Notes: generated by a model from the sequence alone, not told the origin. A stretch of DNA of 64,000 nucleotides from an uncultured Candidatus Saccharibacteria bacterium (GCA_946408595.1 CAMJSX010000002.1:31578-95577), one strand, 5' to 3'. Counted from the stretch's first letter, positions 40,648 to 51,766 are shown. Program-made: numbers and translations.

Positions 40648-43428
40648 CTAAGTATTTGGGGTAAGTTCTTTTTCGACCACCGCCGTATAGCCCGCCGTGT
40701 CGGTTACCATGATTTTAATAGTGCTCTCAGTCCCATCCAGAGTATATCCACTCACTATACCATTCGAGGAAATAGAAATATCCTTCTTCTCTTCACCATC
40801 AACGAACAAACTGTAACTAATGTTATATGAACCCTTACTAATAATAGCAATAATCTTATTGCCACTGACCGAAAGTGAAACGGCTGGTGGCGCATAATCA
40901 CAAGTATCACTATTCTCTCGATCATATGGTTCATCAACTTGATAACTTTCATTACCAGTCATTGGATCAGTTATTTTACTAACCTCAATGCTAATCTTGT
41001 AAGCCTCCGGTGTACAAGCAGAAGCTAGCAAATGATTATAACGATTAAAGACTAAAGTTTCCTTCACGATGCCAGAGTTTTTTGTTTCATCAAACCAGCT
41101 TGGCCAAATATCGGTCTTGCCATTAATAGTTAGTGATTTGATGCCGGCAGGGCGTGCTGGCTGATCTCCATAATGCCATTTGCCCTCTGGCTCATAAATT
41201 TCCTTATGTACACGCTCCATGTAATGACCGACGGCATATCGTACCGGTTCGCCCATTGGTTTGCTAAACCCAGAACCATCATGATTACCATTCCAGACGA
41301 AAGTCGATATAGCTGTTGAGAAGCTCTCAATTAATGAGTCCTTTACCACGGAAGCGTTCTGTGTAGTAGTAGTACCAGTCTTAGTACCAGTCCAAACATC
41401 AGGAACCACAAAGCCAACTCCGTTATCATAACGAGCAGAACGATCACCAAGAATATTGGTCACCATGTAAGCAACTTGTGGATCAACTACTTTCTTAGCT
41501 GGAGAATCTGACCAAGATTCAATCACGTCGCCAGCAGAGTTTTTCACTTCAAGCACATAAGAAATATCTTTATAGGCACCACCTCGAGCCAAGGACGCAT
41601 AAGCATTTGCATGCTCAACCATACGAATATTACACCCAGAACCAATCGCGATGGAAAGACCATAATTATCACGCCCTTTACAATACGCCTCATCACCAAG
41701 TGCATGAGCAATTTCCAAAGAATTCTCTATCCCATTAATATACAGTGCCTTCACTGCTGCAATGTTAAGCGAGTGACCCAACGAATAGCGAATTGTGACA
41801 TTGCCATGGAAACCCTGGCCAGAAGCATTTTGCAAAGTACACCTTCCAGAAAAACCAGCACAGTATATTTTATCAATGTTCTCATCCTTCAAAATTGATC
41901 CTGGACCATAATTAATACCTTCACGCTGCATAAAGAGTGCAGAATAATCTAGGATTGGCTTGATTGAAGAGCCTGGCTCAATCAAAGAATCAGTAGTCAC
42001 ATTCAGTTCGCCATAGGCGGCATTGAAGAAGTCCGAAGAACCTACCATCGCAATAACTTGCGATGTTTCAACATCAAGAGAAACTAATGCCATATTATCT
42101 GTGCCATTCATATAAGAATAGCTCATGCCTTTGGCTACTGCTTCTTCAGCAATTTGTTGAGCACGATAATCTAGTGTAGTGGTAATTGTCCATCCACCAA
42201 CCCGCATTGTCGAAATACCATATTTTTCTTCAAGCTGTTTACGAACTTCCAAAACAAAGTGTGGAGCCAAAGCATTTGCATATTGGCTAGATTCCGGCTT
42301 AATAGTATCAAGAATCGGCACTGCCTTAGCTTCTTCCGCCTCTTCCTTGGTAATGAAGCCCATCTCCGCCATTACGTCCAAAGTATATTGCTGGCGCCAC
42401 AAAAGCTGCTCATGACCATAAGGATTGTATGGATTAAGCACGGCCGGGTTGTTTGGAATCGCCGCCAACAAAGCCGCCTCAGCCAAAGTTAAATCCTTGG
42501 CAGATTTACCAAAATAAGTTTGCGCAGCCGACTCGACGCCATTACGACGACCACCATAAGGCGACTGGTTAAGATACATTGTAAGAATCTCATCTTTTGA
42601 ATACATCCGTTCAAGCTCTATAGCTAGAATCAACTCCTTAATTTTACGAGCAATACCACCACGATTGGCGCTAGCTGCCTCATCAGAAAAGTAAACCTGT
42701 TTAATTAATTGCTGTGTTAAAGTCGAACCGCCTTGCACCTGCTTTCCACTCACAGTAGAAACAACCGCCCTCGCAAGACCGAAGAGGTCAACACCAATAT
42801 GGTTATAAAAATTACGATCCTCAATTGCAATGGTAGCTTTGCGCATATAATCAGGAATATCTTCCGAACTAATCACTAAACGATAGTTTTCATTACCAGT
42901 ATCCTTCCACAAGACAACACCATTACGATCCAAATAAGTGTTGACTGTTTCCGAAATCTCCATTTCGTCAAGCCTAATCTTATCAAGATCTTTTTTGTAA
43001 TATAAGAACAAACCGCCAATCGCAATCACGCCAAGAAGGAATAATACGCCTATAGTTTTTAGGATGGCCTTTTGCCCACGCCAAGAAAACCACCATTTAA
43101 AAACACGCTTTGGATGAAGTCGAGCAAAAAATCTCTTAACTGGTTCTTTTGGAAGTGTCGCTAAGTAATCCGCCTGTTTTCTAGCAGCAATCTCTTTTTT
43201 TGCTTTTCGCTTCTCTTTACGACTAACGTGCGTTTTAGTTTTAGCAGTTCGTTTCTTATTAGCCATTTCTAAATCACTTTCATCATTTATTACGTCTTCC
43301 TCTTGCTTTGGACTATCCGATTCCTCAATAGGCACATCGGTAACTGTTTCTTCTGAAGGTTTTTCTTCAGGTTTTTTAGCCTTCGGTTTATCCTGCGGCA
43401 AAATTATATCTAGACGTTTTTTACCCAT
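40648..43428 (-). CDS. Class A penicillin-binding protein (transglycosylase/transpeptidase)
   Basis: EDRNFY, QGGSTLTQQLIK, EPGSSIKP, SLN, KTGT. Confidence 0.95.
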   Translation of the reverse strand: MGKKRLDIILPQDKPKAKKPEEKPSEETVTDVPIEESDSPKQEEDVINDESDLEMANKKRTAKTKTHVSRKEKRKAKKEIAARKQADYLATLPKEPVKRFFARLHPKRVFKWWFSWRGQKAILKTIGVLFLLGVIAIGGLFLYYKKDLDKIRLDEMEISETVNTYLDRNGVVLWKDTGNENYRLVISSEDIPDYMRKATIAIEDRNFYNHIGVDLFGLARAVVSTVSGKQVQGGSTLTQQLIKQVYFSDEAASANRGGIARKIKELILAIELERMYSKDEILTMYLNQSPYGGRRNGVESAAQTYFGKSAKDLTLAEAALLAAIPNNPAVLNPYNPYGHEQLLWRQQYTLDVMAEMGFITKEEAEEAKAVPILDTIKPESSQYANALAPHFVLEVRKQLEEKYGISTMRVGGWTITTTLDYRAQQIAEEAVAKGMSYSYMNGTDNMALVSLDVETSQVIAMVGSSDFFNAAYGELNVTTDSLIEPGSSIKPILDYSALFMQREGINYGPGSILKDENIDKIYCAGFSGRCTLQNASGQGFHGNVTIRYSLGHSLNIAAVKALYINGIENSLEIAHALGDEAYCKGRDNYGLSIAIGSGCNIRMVEHANAYASLARGGAYKDISYVLEVKNSAGDVIESWSDSPAKKVVDPQVAYMVTNILGDRSARYDNGVGFVVPDVWTGTKTGTTTTQNASVVKDSLIESFSTAISTFVWNGNHDGSGFSKPMGEPVRYAVGHYMERVHKEIYEPEGKWHYGDQPARPAGIKSLTINGKTDIWPSWFDETKNSGIVKETLVFNRYNHLLASACTPEAYKISIEVSKITDPMTGNESYQVDEPYDRENSDTCDYAPPAVSLSVSGNKIIAIISKGSYNISYSLFVDGEEKKDISISSNGIVSGYTLDGTESTIKIMVTDTAGYTAVVEKELTPNT

Positions 43429-43499
43429 ATATATTATTATATCACACGTTTATTATGACGAGAGCATTTAAGGCCACCACAACATGTTATAATAAAACA

Positions 43500-44450
43500 A
43501 TGGATATCTCTATAATCGTACCAGTTTACAACGCTGAAAAATATGTGGAACGTTGTATCGAGTCTATAATTAAAGCTCTAAAAGAATCAAAATGCCATGG
43601 CGAAGTATTATTAATAGATAATAACTCCAGCGATGGTTCTCTCGCTATCTTAGAAAAATACCAAAAAGAGTATCCTAAAATAATCAGATTATTAAAGTGC
43701 AAAACCCAAGGTGCAGCAGCCACCAGAAACTACGGCATCACTAAAGCCTTCGGAAAGTATATTTGGTTTATTGATTCTGATGACTCTGTCACAAGCGATT
43801 CAATCTCTAAATTAGTCAAAAAAGCAGAGGAAGCAAAAACCGATCTAGTAATGCTCGGGTTAAAACGTGTTTATGATGACGGGCATTCTGAATACATCCC
43901 CCCAGTTTCTTCAAAAGACTTAGAATACAAAAGCAAATTCATCCGAAGTGAACTTGGGCAAGTTCAAGTACTCATCCGTCGGAGCTGGTGGGAGAGCCAT
44001 AAATTTAAATTCAAGGAGGGCATCATTCACGAAGACATGGAATTGCTCCCCTCCATTATTCTTTACACCGATAAATTTGAGTCAATCGACGAACCATTCT
44101 ATCTATACTACCAAAATGAAGATTCAGTATTACACAAAACAAAATGGGATCCCCATTATTACGACATCTACGTTGCACTAGAAAGTTTATATAAACGTTT
44201 CGAACAAGCCGAAGCAAAAGAAAAATACCATGACGAACTTGAGTGGTTTACAATTTGGAATCTTCTAGTAGATTCAGCAAAGTATTTCGCCAGATTCAAA
44301 GAAGGGAAAGATGGTTTTAAAAAGAATCGACAGTTCTTGTGCCAATACTTTCCGAATTGGCGAAAAAATAGATTTATGAATCAGAAAAAAATCTCTTGGA
44401 AATTCCGCTTATTACTAAAACTAAGCTATTTTGGAATTGTTAAGTATTAA
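43500..44450 (+). CDS. Glycosyltransferase family 2
   Basis: SIIVPVYNAE, DNNSSD, FIDSDD, HED. Confidence 0.92.
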   Translation: MDISIIVPVYNAEKYVERCIESIIKALKESKCHGEVLLIDNNSSDGSLAILEKYQKEYPKIIRLLKCKTQGAAATRNYGITKAFGKYIWFIDSDDSVTSDSISKLVKKAEEAKTDLVMLGLKRVYDDGHSEYIPPVSSKDLEYKSKFIRSELGQVQVLIRRSWWESHKFKFKEGIIHEDMELLPSIILYTDKFESIDEPFYLYYQNEDSVLHKTKWDPHYYDIYVALESLYKRFEQAEAKEKYHDELEWFTIWNLLVDSAKYFARFKEGKDGFKKNRQFLCQYFPNWRKNRFMNQKKISWKFRLLLKLSYFGIVKY

Positions 44451-45490
44451 AAGATACGCTTTAAACGCCGACGTATTTTATTCATTAACAGTTTTTTATG
44501 ATCTAGAACTAAACAAAAACCACCAATATACTCTTCTGTTACACCGCGAAGGCCTGCTTTAAAATACAGCAAAGGATTACTTGGTGAAAAAATACCCTTC
44601 ATGCCATATAAATTAAGCCTGTTCTGTTTTCGGCGCAAACATTCTTCAATATTCCATCCTTTAATAGCAGTAGAGCCATTGAAATGCTTGTTTTTCTCAA
44701 CTGTCCCTGCTACAAAAGCGACCATTTCATTTGGATGAATAATATCAACCTCACTAGAAACCAATTCATCATTGTCTTTCCGGCGAGCTTCCACAAAAAT
44801 TGCCTTCTTTCCAAATGAATCCCATAAATCCTCGAAATATTTTACGTCCCTTGTATGCACTCCGTTACGTTTGTCGCTGTCTTTCAAAGCCAACAACCAT
44901 TCTGGCAATTCCGACTTATCCTGCAAAACCTTAACATACAATTCACGTCTGGTTTTGTGAAGCTTTTTTCTAGTACTGCTATTCATAGTTAGCTCTGCCT
45001 CACGAATATCTTTAATTCCAGTCAAGTCTTTAACAAACATCCATCGATTAGCCTTATTTTCAACTTCAATTGTAAAACCTTCATGCGAAAAACCATGTTT
45101 CTTAAACAAATCAAATATTTTTTGACAATCAAACGCTTTAATCACACTACCATCTGCTTCACGAGTGTTTAGAACCACTGGTGGGAAAATTTCTAACTTA
45201 ATAAAACGCTTTGTTTTAGCATATTTAATTATTTCGCTTAGGAAATAATCCAGTAACTTAGAATCTTTGTAATCCAAAATTGGACCCAACTGAATCCATG
45301 CTTCGCCATCACGTTCCACAATTAAAGCCGCAGTCTTAACTTGATCTTTTTGTTTAACGCCTACTAGAAAGGTACTAAAACCCATCTTTTTTCTAAGTTC
45401 AGCCCTTTCTGTAGATTGGAAAAAATTACCCGTAGACATCTTCTGCTCGAAATTGGTAAATTCTGTTGGTTTAAGTTCGACAAATTCCAT
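44447..45490 (-). CDS. FemABX/MurMN peptidoglycan aminoacyltransferase
   Basis: NFFQS, LYFKAG, EEYIGGF; tandem with paralogue. Confidence 0.8.
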   Translation of the reverse strand: MEFVELKPTEFTNFEQKMSTGNFFQSTERAELRKKMGFSTFLVGVKQKDQVKTAALIVERDGEAWIQLGPILDYKDSKLLDYFLSEIIKYAKTKRFIKLEIFPPVVLNTREADGSVIKAFDCQKIFDLFKKHGFSHEGFTIEVENKANRWMFVKDLTGIKDIREAELTMNSSTRKKLHKTRRELYVKVLQDKSELPEWLLALKDSDKRNGVHTRDVKYFEDLWDSFGKKAIFVEARRKDNDELVSSEVDIIHPNEMVAFVAGTVEKNKHFNGSTAIKGWNIEECLRRKQNRLNLYGMKGIFSPSNPLLYFKAGLRGVTEEYIGGFCLVLDHKKLLMNKIRRRLKRIF

Positions 45491-45500
45491 ACAAATCCTA

Positions 45501-46583
45501 TTATAAATCACGGTGCTCCGCTTTATGAAGCTTTTTTAGATAAACTGCGCCTAGCGGGGAAAGACTCGACGCGAAAGTGCCAACGAACTCTTCTACCTCA
45601 CCATGAAAACCTTGCTTGAATTTAAAGACACCATTTTCTGGATCAGGATTAGTCCCCCAAAAGTTGTATTTATTATAACCATTGGCATATGCATATTTAA
45701 TCATCGCCCACTGAATCAAATGCGGCCCACCCAATTTTTTGTGTTCACGGCTCATACCAGAAGAAAGATAGATCACTTCGTTACCATAAAGAATAAAGAA
45801 GGCCGCTGCAACCGGAGTGCCGTCAGGCATTTCTGCGACAATAGCAGTGACATCAGAGCCAAACACTTCAGTAATTTGCTCAAAAAACTTTTGATCACGC
45901 GGCACAAAACCATGGAGTTTTCCTGATTCATCAATCATCTTTAGCAAAATATCATACTCTGAAGTTTTTAATTCACGGAGTTTAATGCCATAACGCTCAG
46001 TAGCATATCGTATAGTGTAACGATGGTCGCGCCGAAAACTACGAAATAGTATTTGCTCACTCGTTGGATCGATTTCCGGGTTTAAAACTGCAGATCTCTT
46101 TTCTTTGTATGATACTTTTGGCAAATCAGCAACTTTACTAAAATCAATAGCATAAATCCATTTAACTTGCTCATATTCACCTAAGTACTTAAAATGTGCC
46201 TGTTCTATTTTCTGATAAAAATCTTTCGGCATATTTGTAGTTAATATATTGGGTGATATTTGGAGAACAAAACCTTTTTTATCCTTCAGGAACTTTTTGC
46301 ACTCATTAAGAAAAGACACCATTTCTCCGGCCTTGCTATCGTCCGCCATTAAAGGTCCACGCGAAAAAGTAAAAATTTTATGCCCATATCTCTCATAAAT
46401 CACGCTAGCGATACCAGCAACTTTAATTTCTTCACCATCAAATAAACCTAACAAATATGATTCTCGCCCAATTTTTTGATAACGCTCATACATAGACGGA
46501 CTCTGCATGTAATTCTTTGATGCTATGCGAGCCGTAAAATTCTTAAATTCTTGCAAAGACAATTCACGAAAAACCGTTTTCAT
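45501..46583 (-). CDS. FemABX/MurMN peptidoglycan aminoacyltransferase
   Basis: NYMQS, SRGP, YLSSG, QWAMIKYA, YNFWG, GVFKFKQGF. Confidence 0.9.
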   Translation of the reverse strand: MKTVFRELSLQEFKNFTARIASKNYMQSPSMYERYQKIGRESYLLGLFDGEEIKVAGIASVIYERYGHKIFTFSRGPLMADDSKAGEMVSFLNECKKFLKDKKGFVLQISPNILTTNMPKDFYQKIEQAHFKYLGEYEQVKWIYAIDFSKVADLPKVSYKEKRSAVLNPEIDPTSEQILFRSFRRDHRYTIRYATERYGIKLRELKTSEYDILLKMIDESGKLHGFVPRDQKFFEQITEVFGSDVTAIVAEMPDGTPVAAAFFILYGNEVIYLSSGMSREHKKLGGPHLIQWAMIKYAYANGYNKYNFWGTNPDPENGVFKFKQGFHGEVEEFVGTFASSLSPLGAVYLKKLHKAEHRDL

Positions 46584-46616
46584 ATATATTATATTGTAGC
46601 ATGTTATAATTATTCC

Positions 46617-48257
46617 ATGAGAAAATTCCGGTTTCGTTCAGTAGTACAGCTCGCCAATATGAAGCTATCGGTAAAATCGGCGGCGATGGTTTTGGCGACT
46701 TCAACTCTCATTTCGGCACTACTCGGTTTATTTCGCGATCGTCTCTTAAACTCATATTATCTCGGCACCTACCCAACTGGTATCGATGCCTACACGGCTG
46801 CTTTTACAATACCAGATTTTATGTTTTTTATTCTAACTTCTGGTGCACTTGCAGTCTCCTTCATCCCTGTATTTAATCAACGTCTAGTGGCAGGGAATAA
46901 AAAATCAGCATGGGAATTATCTTCCAGCTTATTAAACCTACTTGCTCTTCTCACTTTAATCGCCAGTGTGTTTATTATGATCTTTGCCGACCCTCTCATC
47001 CGTTACATTGTTAGCCCAGGCCTTGACGAATCTGGTATGATTCTAGCTATCAATATGACGCGCGTCATCGCTATAAACCCATTCTTATTCAGCATTGCCA
47101 CCGTGCTTACTTCCATGCAACAAGCAGTAGGAAGATTCGTCTTCTACGCTTTTGCACCCGCTATATATAATATAGGCATTATTATCGGTATAACTTGTTT
47201 TACCAGTGGCATCAATTTATTTGGCACTCAAGTATTCGACGGAGGCATTATGGGCGTAGCACTTGGTGTTATATTGGGCGCCGTCATGCAGCTTATCACT
47301 TCTTTGATTGGGCTATTCGGATTAGGCTTTGATTATGAGTTTAAGATTTATTGGCGAAATCAGGGCTTTCGGTCAATTTTAAAACTACTCCCTGCGCGTT
47401 CTCTAGACCAGGGGATAGATTACGTCAATGGAATCGTCACCACTAACCTATCTTCTAGAATGGGCGCCGGAGCAGTAAGGTCTTTTAACCAAGCCGCATC
47501 TCTTCACCAAATGCCTGTTAGTTTAATCGGCGTAGCTATTTCCACAGCATTTTTCCCGAAACTGACCGAAGAACTCGGTACTGGCGAAAACACTGAGTTT
47601 TATAATACTTTTCGCAAGGCACTTAGGACAATCACCTGGATAGCATTACCGGTCGCAATTATTGCGTTTTTCACGCGCGGCTACGTTACGAGCTTTATTT
47701 CAAATATCGGTAATAACGACCAGAACGGAACCATAGCGTCTGTGCTCGGAACTTTGTGTATTGCTATTTTCGCAAGATCAATATTTCACATTGCTTCACG
47801 TGGTTTTTATGCCTATCAGGATACTAAGACACCATTTTGGGTTTCAATTATCGCAATCGGATTAACTATCGGTCTATCAATTTGGTTCTATTTTATGAAT
47901 TGGGGAGTTGATGGTTTAGGTCTAGCCCAGTCAATCGGAGCAATTGTGGAAATAATCATACTATTATATATATTGCAACGGCGCTCGGGATACAAAATTC
48001 TCAATCGTGATTTCTTCAAGGCCATATTCCGCATGATTGTCGCCACCATTATAGCCGGTTGCGTAGCGTTCTCTTTGACAAAATTCATCCCTCTAAGAAT
48101 CACCGACGTATCCCTAGTAATCACCATACCAAAATTCCTTTTGATTGCCTCCGGCTCCATCATATCTTATCTAATTGCCAGTTTCTTCTTAAACCTTGAA
48201 GAAGCCAAACCCATCGTCGATTACGTTAAAAAAATCCTCTTTAAAAACGTTAAATAA
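46617..48257 (+). CDS. murJ: Lipid II flippase MurJ/MviN
   Basis: LGLFRDRLL, AAFTIPD, GAL..SFIP; ~14 TM. Confidence 0.95.
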   Translation: MRKFRFRSVVQLANMKLSVKSAAMVLATSTLISALLGLFRDRLLNSYYLGTYPTGIDAYTAAFTIPDFMFFILTSGALAVSFIPVFNQRLVAGNKKSAWELSSSLLNLLALLTLIASVFIMIFADPLIRYIVSPGLDESGMILAINMTRVIAINPFLFSIATVLTSMQQAVGRFVFYAFAPAIYNIGIIIGITCFTSGINLFGTQVFDGGIMGVALGVILGAVMQLITSLIGLFGLGFDYEFKIYWRNQGFRSILKLLPARSLDQGIDYVNGIVTTNLSSRMGAGAVRSFNQAASLHQMPVSLIGVAISTAFFPKLTEELGTGENTEFYNTFRKALRTITWIALPVAIIAFFTRGYVTSFISNIGNNDQNGTIASVLGTLCIAIFARSIFHIASRGFYAYQDTKTPFWVSIIAIGLTIGLSIWFYFMNWGVDGLGLAQSIGAIVEIIILLYILQRRSGYKILNRDFFKAIFRMIVATIIAGCVAFSLTKFIPLRITDVSLVITIPKFLLIASGSIISYLIASFFLNLEEAKPIVDYVKKILFKNVK

Positions 48258-48274
48258 TTGATATAATTTAGGGT

Positions 48275-48562
48275 ATGGAAATTAACTGCGAGACAATTAA
48301 ACATTTAGCTAAATTATCAGATTTCGCTCTAAGCGAAAAGGAAACCGAAGCTTTGACTGGTGATCTAAAAAACATCATTGGTTACATTTCTCAACTAGAC
48401 GAACTCGACACCGAAGGAGTTGAACCTACTTATCAAGTTTTTGAAATGGATAATGTTTGGCGAGACGATGAAATAATAGATCAAGAAGCCTCGCGTGAAG
48501 ACCTTTTAGCTCTTACTAAAGAAGAAAAAGAAAACCAAATTAAAGTTCCGAGGGTCCTATAA
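48275..48562 (+). CDS. gatC: Asp/Glu-tRNA amidotransferase subunit C
   Basis: HLAKLS, LDTEGVEP, KVPRVL. Confidence 0.93.
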   Translation: MEINCETIKHLAKLSDFALSEKETEALTGDLKNIIGYISQLDELDTEGVEPTYQVFEMDNVWRDDEIIDQEASREDLLALTKEEKENQIKVPRVL

Positions 48563-49932
48563 TGAAAATCGCAAATAAAACTATTACTGCTACCAAACTT
48601 GTCAAAGAGGCATTAGAAAAAGCCAAGAAGTATGAAAAGTATAATGTTTTTACTTTTATCAATGAGAAAGAAGCTCTTAAAAAAGCCGCAGAGATTGATG
48701 CTAAAATTGCCCGTGGTGAAAAAGTTGGTCGCCTAGCCGGCGTACCATACGCCCTCAAAGATAACTTTTTATCACCCGAAGGCCAAACTACAGCTTCGGC
48801 ACACATTCTTCAAGGATTCACTTCGCCAGTTACTGCCACGTCAGTAGAAAAGCTTGAAAAAGAAGGCGCCATCATGATTGGACGCACCAACCTAGATGCC
48901 TTTGCGCATGGTTCCTCCACCGAGAATTCATACTTTGGACCAACCCACAATGCGGTAGACTTTGAACGTGTACCTGGCGGTTCATCAGGTGGTTCAGCCG
49001 CAGCGGTTGCTCTTGATATTGTTGAATTTGCAACCGGCACTGATACCGGTGGCTCAATCAGACAACCAGCTTCATTCAATGGCGTTTATGGTCTAAAACC
49101 AACCTACGGTTGTATTTCCAGGTATGGCGTCGTAGCTATGGCCTCATCGCTAGATTGCATTGGATTCTTTACCAAAACACCTGAAGATATGGATCTTTTA
49201 ATGTCAATTGCTTCTGGACAAGATCCAAAAGATATGACTACGCTACCAGATTATTATAATAATAGCAAAACTAGCAAGGCTAAAAGAATTGGCGTGATTA
49301 AAGATTTTGACAACGAAGCCGTAGCCCCAGAGATTAGAAAAGTTCTGAAAGAAAAATGCAAAGAGCTTGAAGAAAAAGGTTATGAGATTGTTGAGCTTGA
49401 AATGCCAACCCTAAAATATGCCTTAGCCGTGTATTATATTATTCAACCAGCCGAAGTGACTTCAAACTTGTCACGTTATGACGGCATTCGTTACGGGTTC
49501 CGCTCCGAAAAAGCCAAAAACTTAGACGATATTTATGACGATACGAGGAATGAAGGGTTTATGCCAGAAAACAAACGCCGTATTATGATTGGCAACTTCG
49601 TTTTGTCGTCTGGTTTTTATGATGCCTATTTCTTAAAGGCCGCCAAAGCACGTACTTTAATTGTCAAGGAGTATGAAGAAGCCTTCAAAAAATGCGACTT
49701 CATTCTAACTCCCGTTTCTCCAAACTACGCTTTTAAGCTTGGCGAAAAAGTCAACGACCCAGTAGCAATGTATTTAGAAGATTTAATGAGTGTATCCTTA
49801 AACCTAGCCGGTGTACCAGGTTTAGCTATCCCTGTAGGGAAGACTAAGGACGGTTTGCCACTTGGCTTACAATTAGTCGGTCCACGTCGTAGCGACAAAG
49901 CTTTGATTGAGTTTGCAAAGGAGCTTAACTAA
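48562..49932 (+). CDS. gatA: Asp/Glu-tRNA amidotransferase subunit A
   Basis: KDN, PGGSSGGS, TDTGGSIRQPA, NLSRYDG. Confidence 0.98.
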   Translation: MKIANKTITATKLVKEALEKAKKYEKYNVFTFINEKEALKKAAEIDAKIARGEKVGRLAGVPYALKDNFLSPEGQTTASAHILQGFTSPVTATSVEKLEKEGAIMIGRTNLDAFAHGSSTENSYFGPTHNAVDFERVPGGSSGGSAAAVALDIVEFATGTDTGGSIRQPASFNGVYGLKPTYGCISRYGVVAMASSLDCIGFFTKTPEDMDLLMSIASGQDPKDMTTLPDYYNNSKTSKAKRIGVIKDFDNEAVAPEIRKVLKEKCKELEEKGYEIVELEMPTLKYALAVYYIIQPAEVTSNLSRYDGIRYGFRSEKAKNLDDIYDDTRNEGFMPENKRRIMIGNFVLSSGFYDAYFLKAAKARTLIVKEYEEAFKKCDFILTPVSPNYAFKLGEKVNDPVAMYLEDLMSVSLNLAGVPGLAIPVGKTKDGLPLGLQLVGPRRSDKALIEFAKELN

Positions 49933-50351
49933 TGGACGGTTCAGTAGTCACTTTTATTATTGCAATTATCATCGTCGCGATTTTTATCTTTATTGCTATT
50001 GGACTAACTGGCAAACGTGGCCACAAGTTTAATGTCGAAGATTATCAAGCTAGATTCTTGTCAATCGAAAATAAATTAAACAAAGACAATTACGCCACTT
50101 TCGCACTTTCAATTATCAACGCTGATAAGCTACTCGACAAAGCCATGATTGAAATGGGCGTCCCAGGCAAAACCATGGGCGATAGGCTCAAAAAAGCCAG
50201 CGACAAGTTTTCTCAACTTGACTCCGTCTGGCGAGCACACAAACTTCGTAACATCATTGCCCATGAATCAGATTTTAAACTATCATATCGGCAAGCCGCC
50301 AATGCCTTGGCAATTTATAAGCAAGCCTTAAAAGATTTAGGAGCTATCTAA
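49932..50351 (+). CDS. Membrane-anchored protein with HEPN-like RxxxxH motif
   Basis: N-terminal TM; ADKLLD, GKTMGDRL, KLRNIIAHE. Confidence 0.6.
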   Translation: MDGSVVTFIIAIIIVAIFIFIAIGLTGKRGHKFNVEDYQARFLSIENKLNKDNYATFALSIINADKLLDKAMIEMGVPGKTMGDRLKKASDKFSQLDSVWRAHKLRNIIAHESDFKLSYRQAANALAIYKQALKDLGAI

Positions 50352-51763
50352 TGAAATACATCCCAACTATCGGCATCGAATGCCACGTCCAACTCTCTAC
50401 CAAAACTAAATTATTCTCAGAAGTTGATAATGATGCAAGAGGGAAAGAACCAAACTCCTGTGTTTCACCAGTAGATTATGCTCTTCCTGGAATGCTACCA
50501 CGACTAAACGGTGAAGCGATTAAGTTCGCTATTCGGGCAGGCAAAGCAATGAACTGCAAAATCAACGCTCATTCACGCTTTGATCGCAAACACTATTTTT
50601 ATCCAGATTCACCAAAAGGTTATCAGATCACTCAGTTCTATCAACCAATTATCGGGGCAGGTTATGTAGAATTACCATCCGGTACGAAAGTACATATTGA
50701 ACATGCCCACCTCGAGGGTGATGCTGGCAAACTCACCCATTTTGATAATTACTCATTGGTTGATTTAAACCGTGTGGACACACCGTTAATTGAAATTGTA
50801 TCCATGCCAGACATTCATTCAGCCAAAGATGCACATGATTATTGCAAAGAGCTTTGGCGCTTAATGTGCTTTGCTGGTGTAACTAATGGTGACCTTTATA
50901 ATGGCAATATGCGTTTTGACGTCAATACTTCAATAGCACCAGAAGGTTCTAAAAAACTCGGCACTAGAACTGAAGTTAAAAACCTTAATTCATTCCGTTC
51001 AGTAGAGCGGGCTGTAGAATACGAAATCGCGCGTCAAACTAAAATTCTTGAGGCTGGTGAAAAAGTCGTTCAGCAAACGCTCGGCTGGAATGATGCAACC
51101 GGTAAAACCACCGCACAACGTTCCAAGGAAGAAGCTAAAGACTACCGCTATATGCCAGAGCCAGATTTGCCACCGATTAATTTATCAGAAGAGTTTATTG
51201 AAAAAGAAGCAGCCAAGTTGCCGCCAATGCCAGCAGACTACCGTAAGAAATTTGGCAATGTAATTTCTGGCGACACATTAGAAGTATTATTAGACTATCC
51301 TGCTTTGATGAAAAAGCTTGACGAAGTATGTTCGGAGTATGTTAAGAGTATGTCAAATTTGTTTGCTTCAGTGTTACTTGCAGAAGAAAAATCAGCAGAA
51401 TACTTAAGTGATTTGCCATCCGCAAAAGATTTGAATGAACTTTGCGAGATGAACGAAAAGAAAGAGCTATCTTCTACCGCCACGAAGGAAGTTTTCTTAC
51501 GATTATTCGATCCTCAAATGAAAAATCGTGGCGCCAAGAACATTGCGAAAGAACTTGGCTTAATCCAGGAAAATGATTTAGGTGCGCTTGAAGCAATTAT
51601 TGACACCGTACTTCAAAAACCGGAAACCAAAAAGGCTCAAGAAGACTACAAAAATGGGGAAGAAAAAGTCATTGGCTTCCTCGTAGGTCAAGTAATGAAA
51701 GAATCCCACGGCAAAGCCAATCCATCAGCGGTGCAAGAGATTTTACGAAAAAAACTAAAATAA
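50351..51763 (+). CDS. gatB: Asp/Glu-tRNA amidotransferase subunit B
   Basis: IGIECHVQL, RKHYFYPDSPKGYQITQ, DYRYMPEPDL. Confidence 0.98.
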   Translation: MKYIPTIGIECHVQLSTKTKLFSEVDNDARGKEPNSCVSPVDYALPGMLPRLNGEAIKFAIRAGKAMNCKINAHSRFDRKHYFYPDSPKGYQITQFYQPIIGAGYVELPSGTKVHIEHAHLEGDAGKLTHFDNYSLVDLNRVDTPLIEIVSMPDIHSAKDAHDYCKELWRLMCFAGVTNGDLYNGNMRFDVNTSIAPEGSKKLGTRTEVKNLNSFRSVERAVEYEIARQTKILEAGEKVVQQTLGWNDATGKTTAQRSKEEAKDYRYMPEPDLPPINLSEEFIEKEAAKLPPMPADYRKKFGNVISGDTLEVLLDYPALMKKLDEVCSEYVKSMSNLFASVLLAEEKSAEYLSDLPSAKDLNELCEMNEKKELSSTATKEVFLRLFDPQMKNRGAKNIAKELGLIQENDLGALEAIIDTVLQKPETKKAQEDYKNGEEKVIGFLVGQVMKESHGKANPSAVQEILRKKLK

Positions 51764-51766
51764 GTG

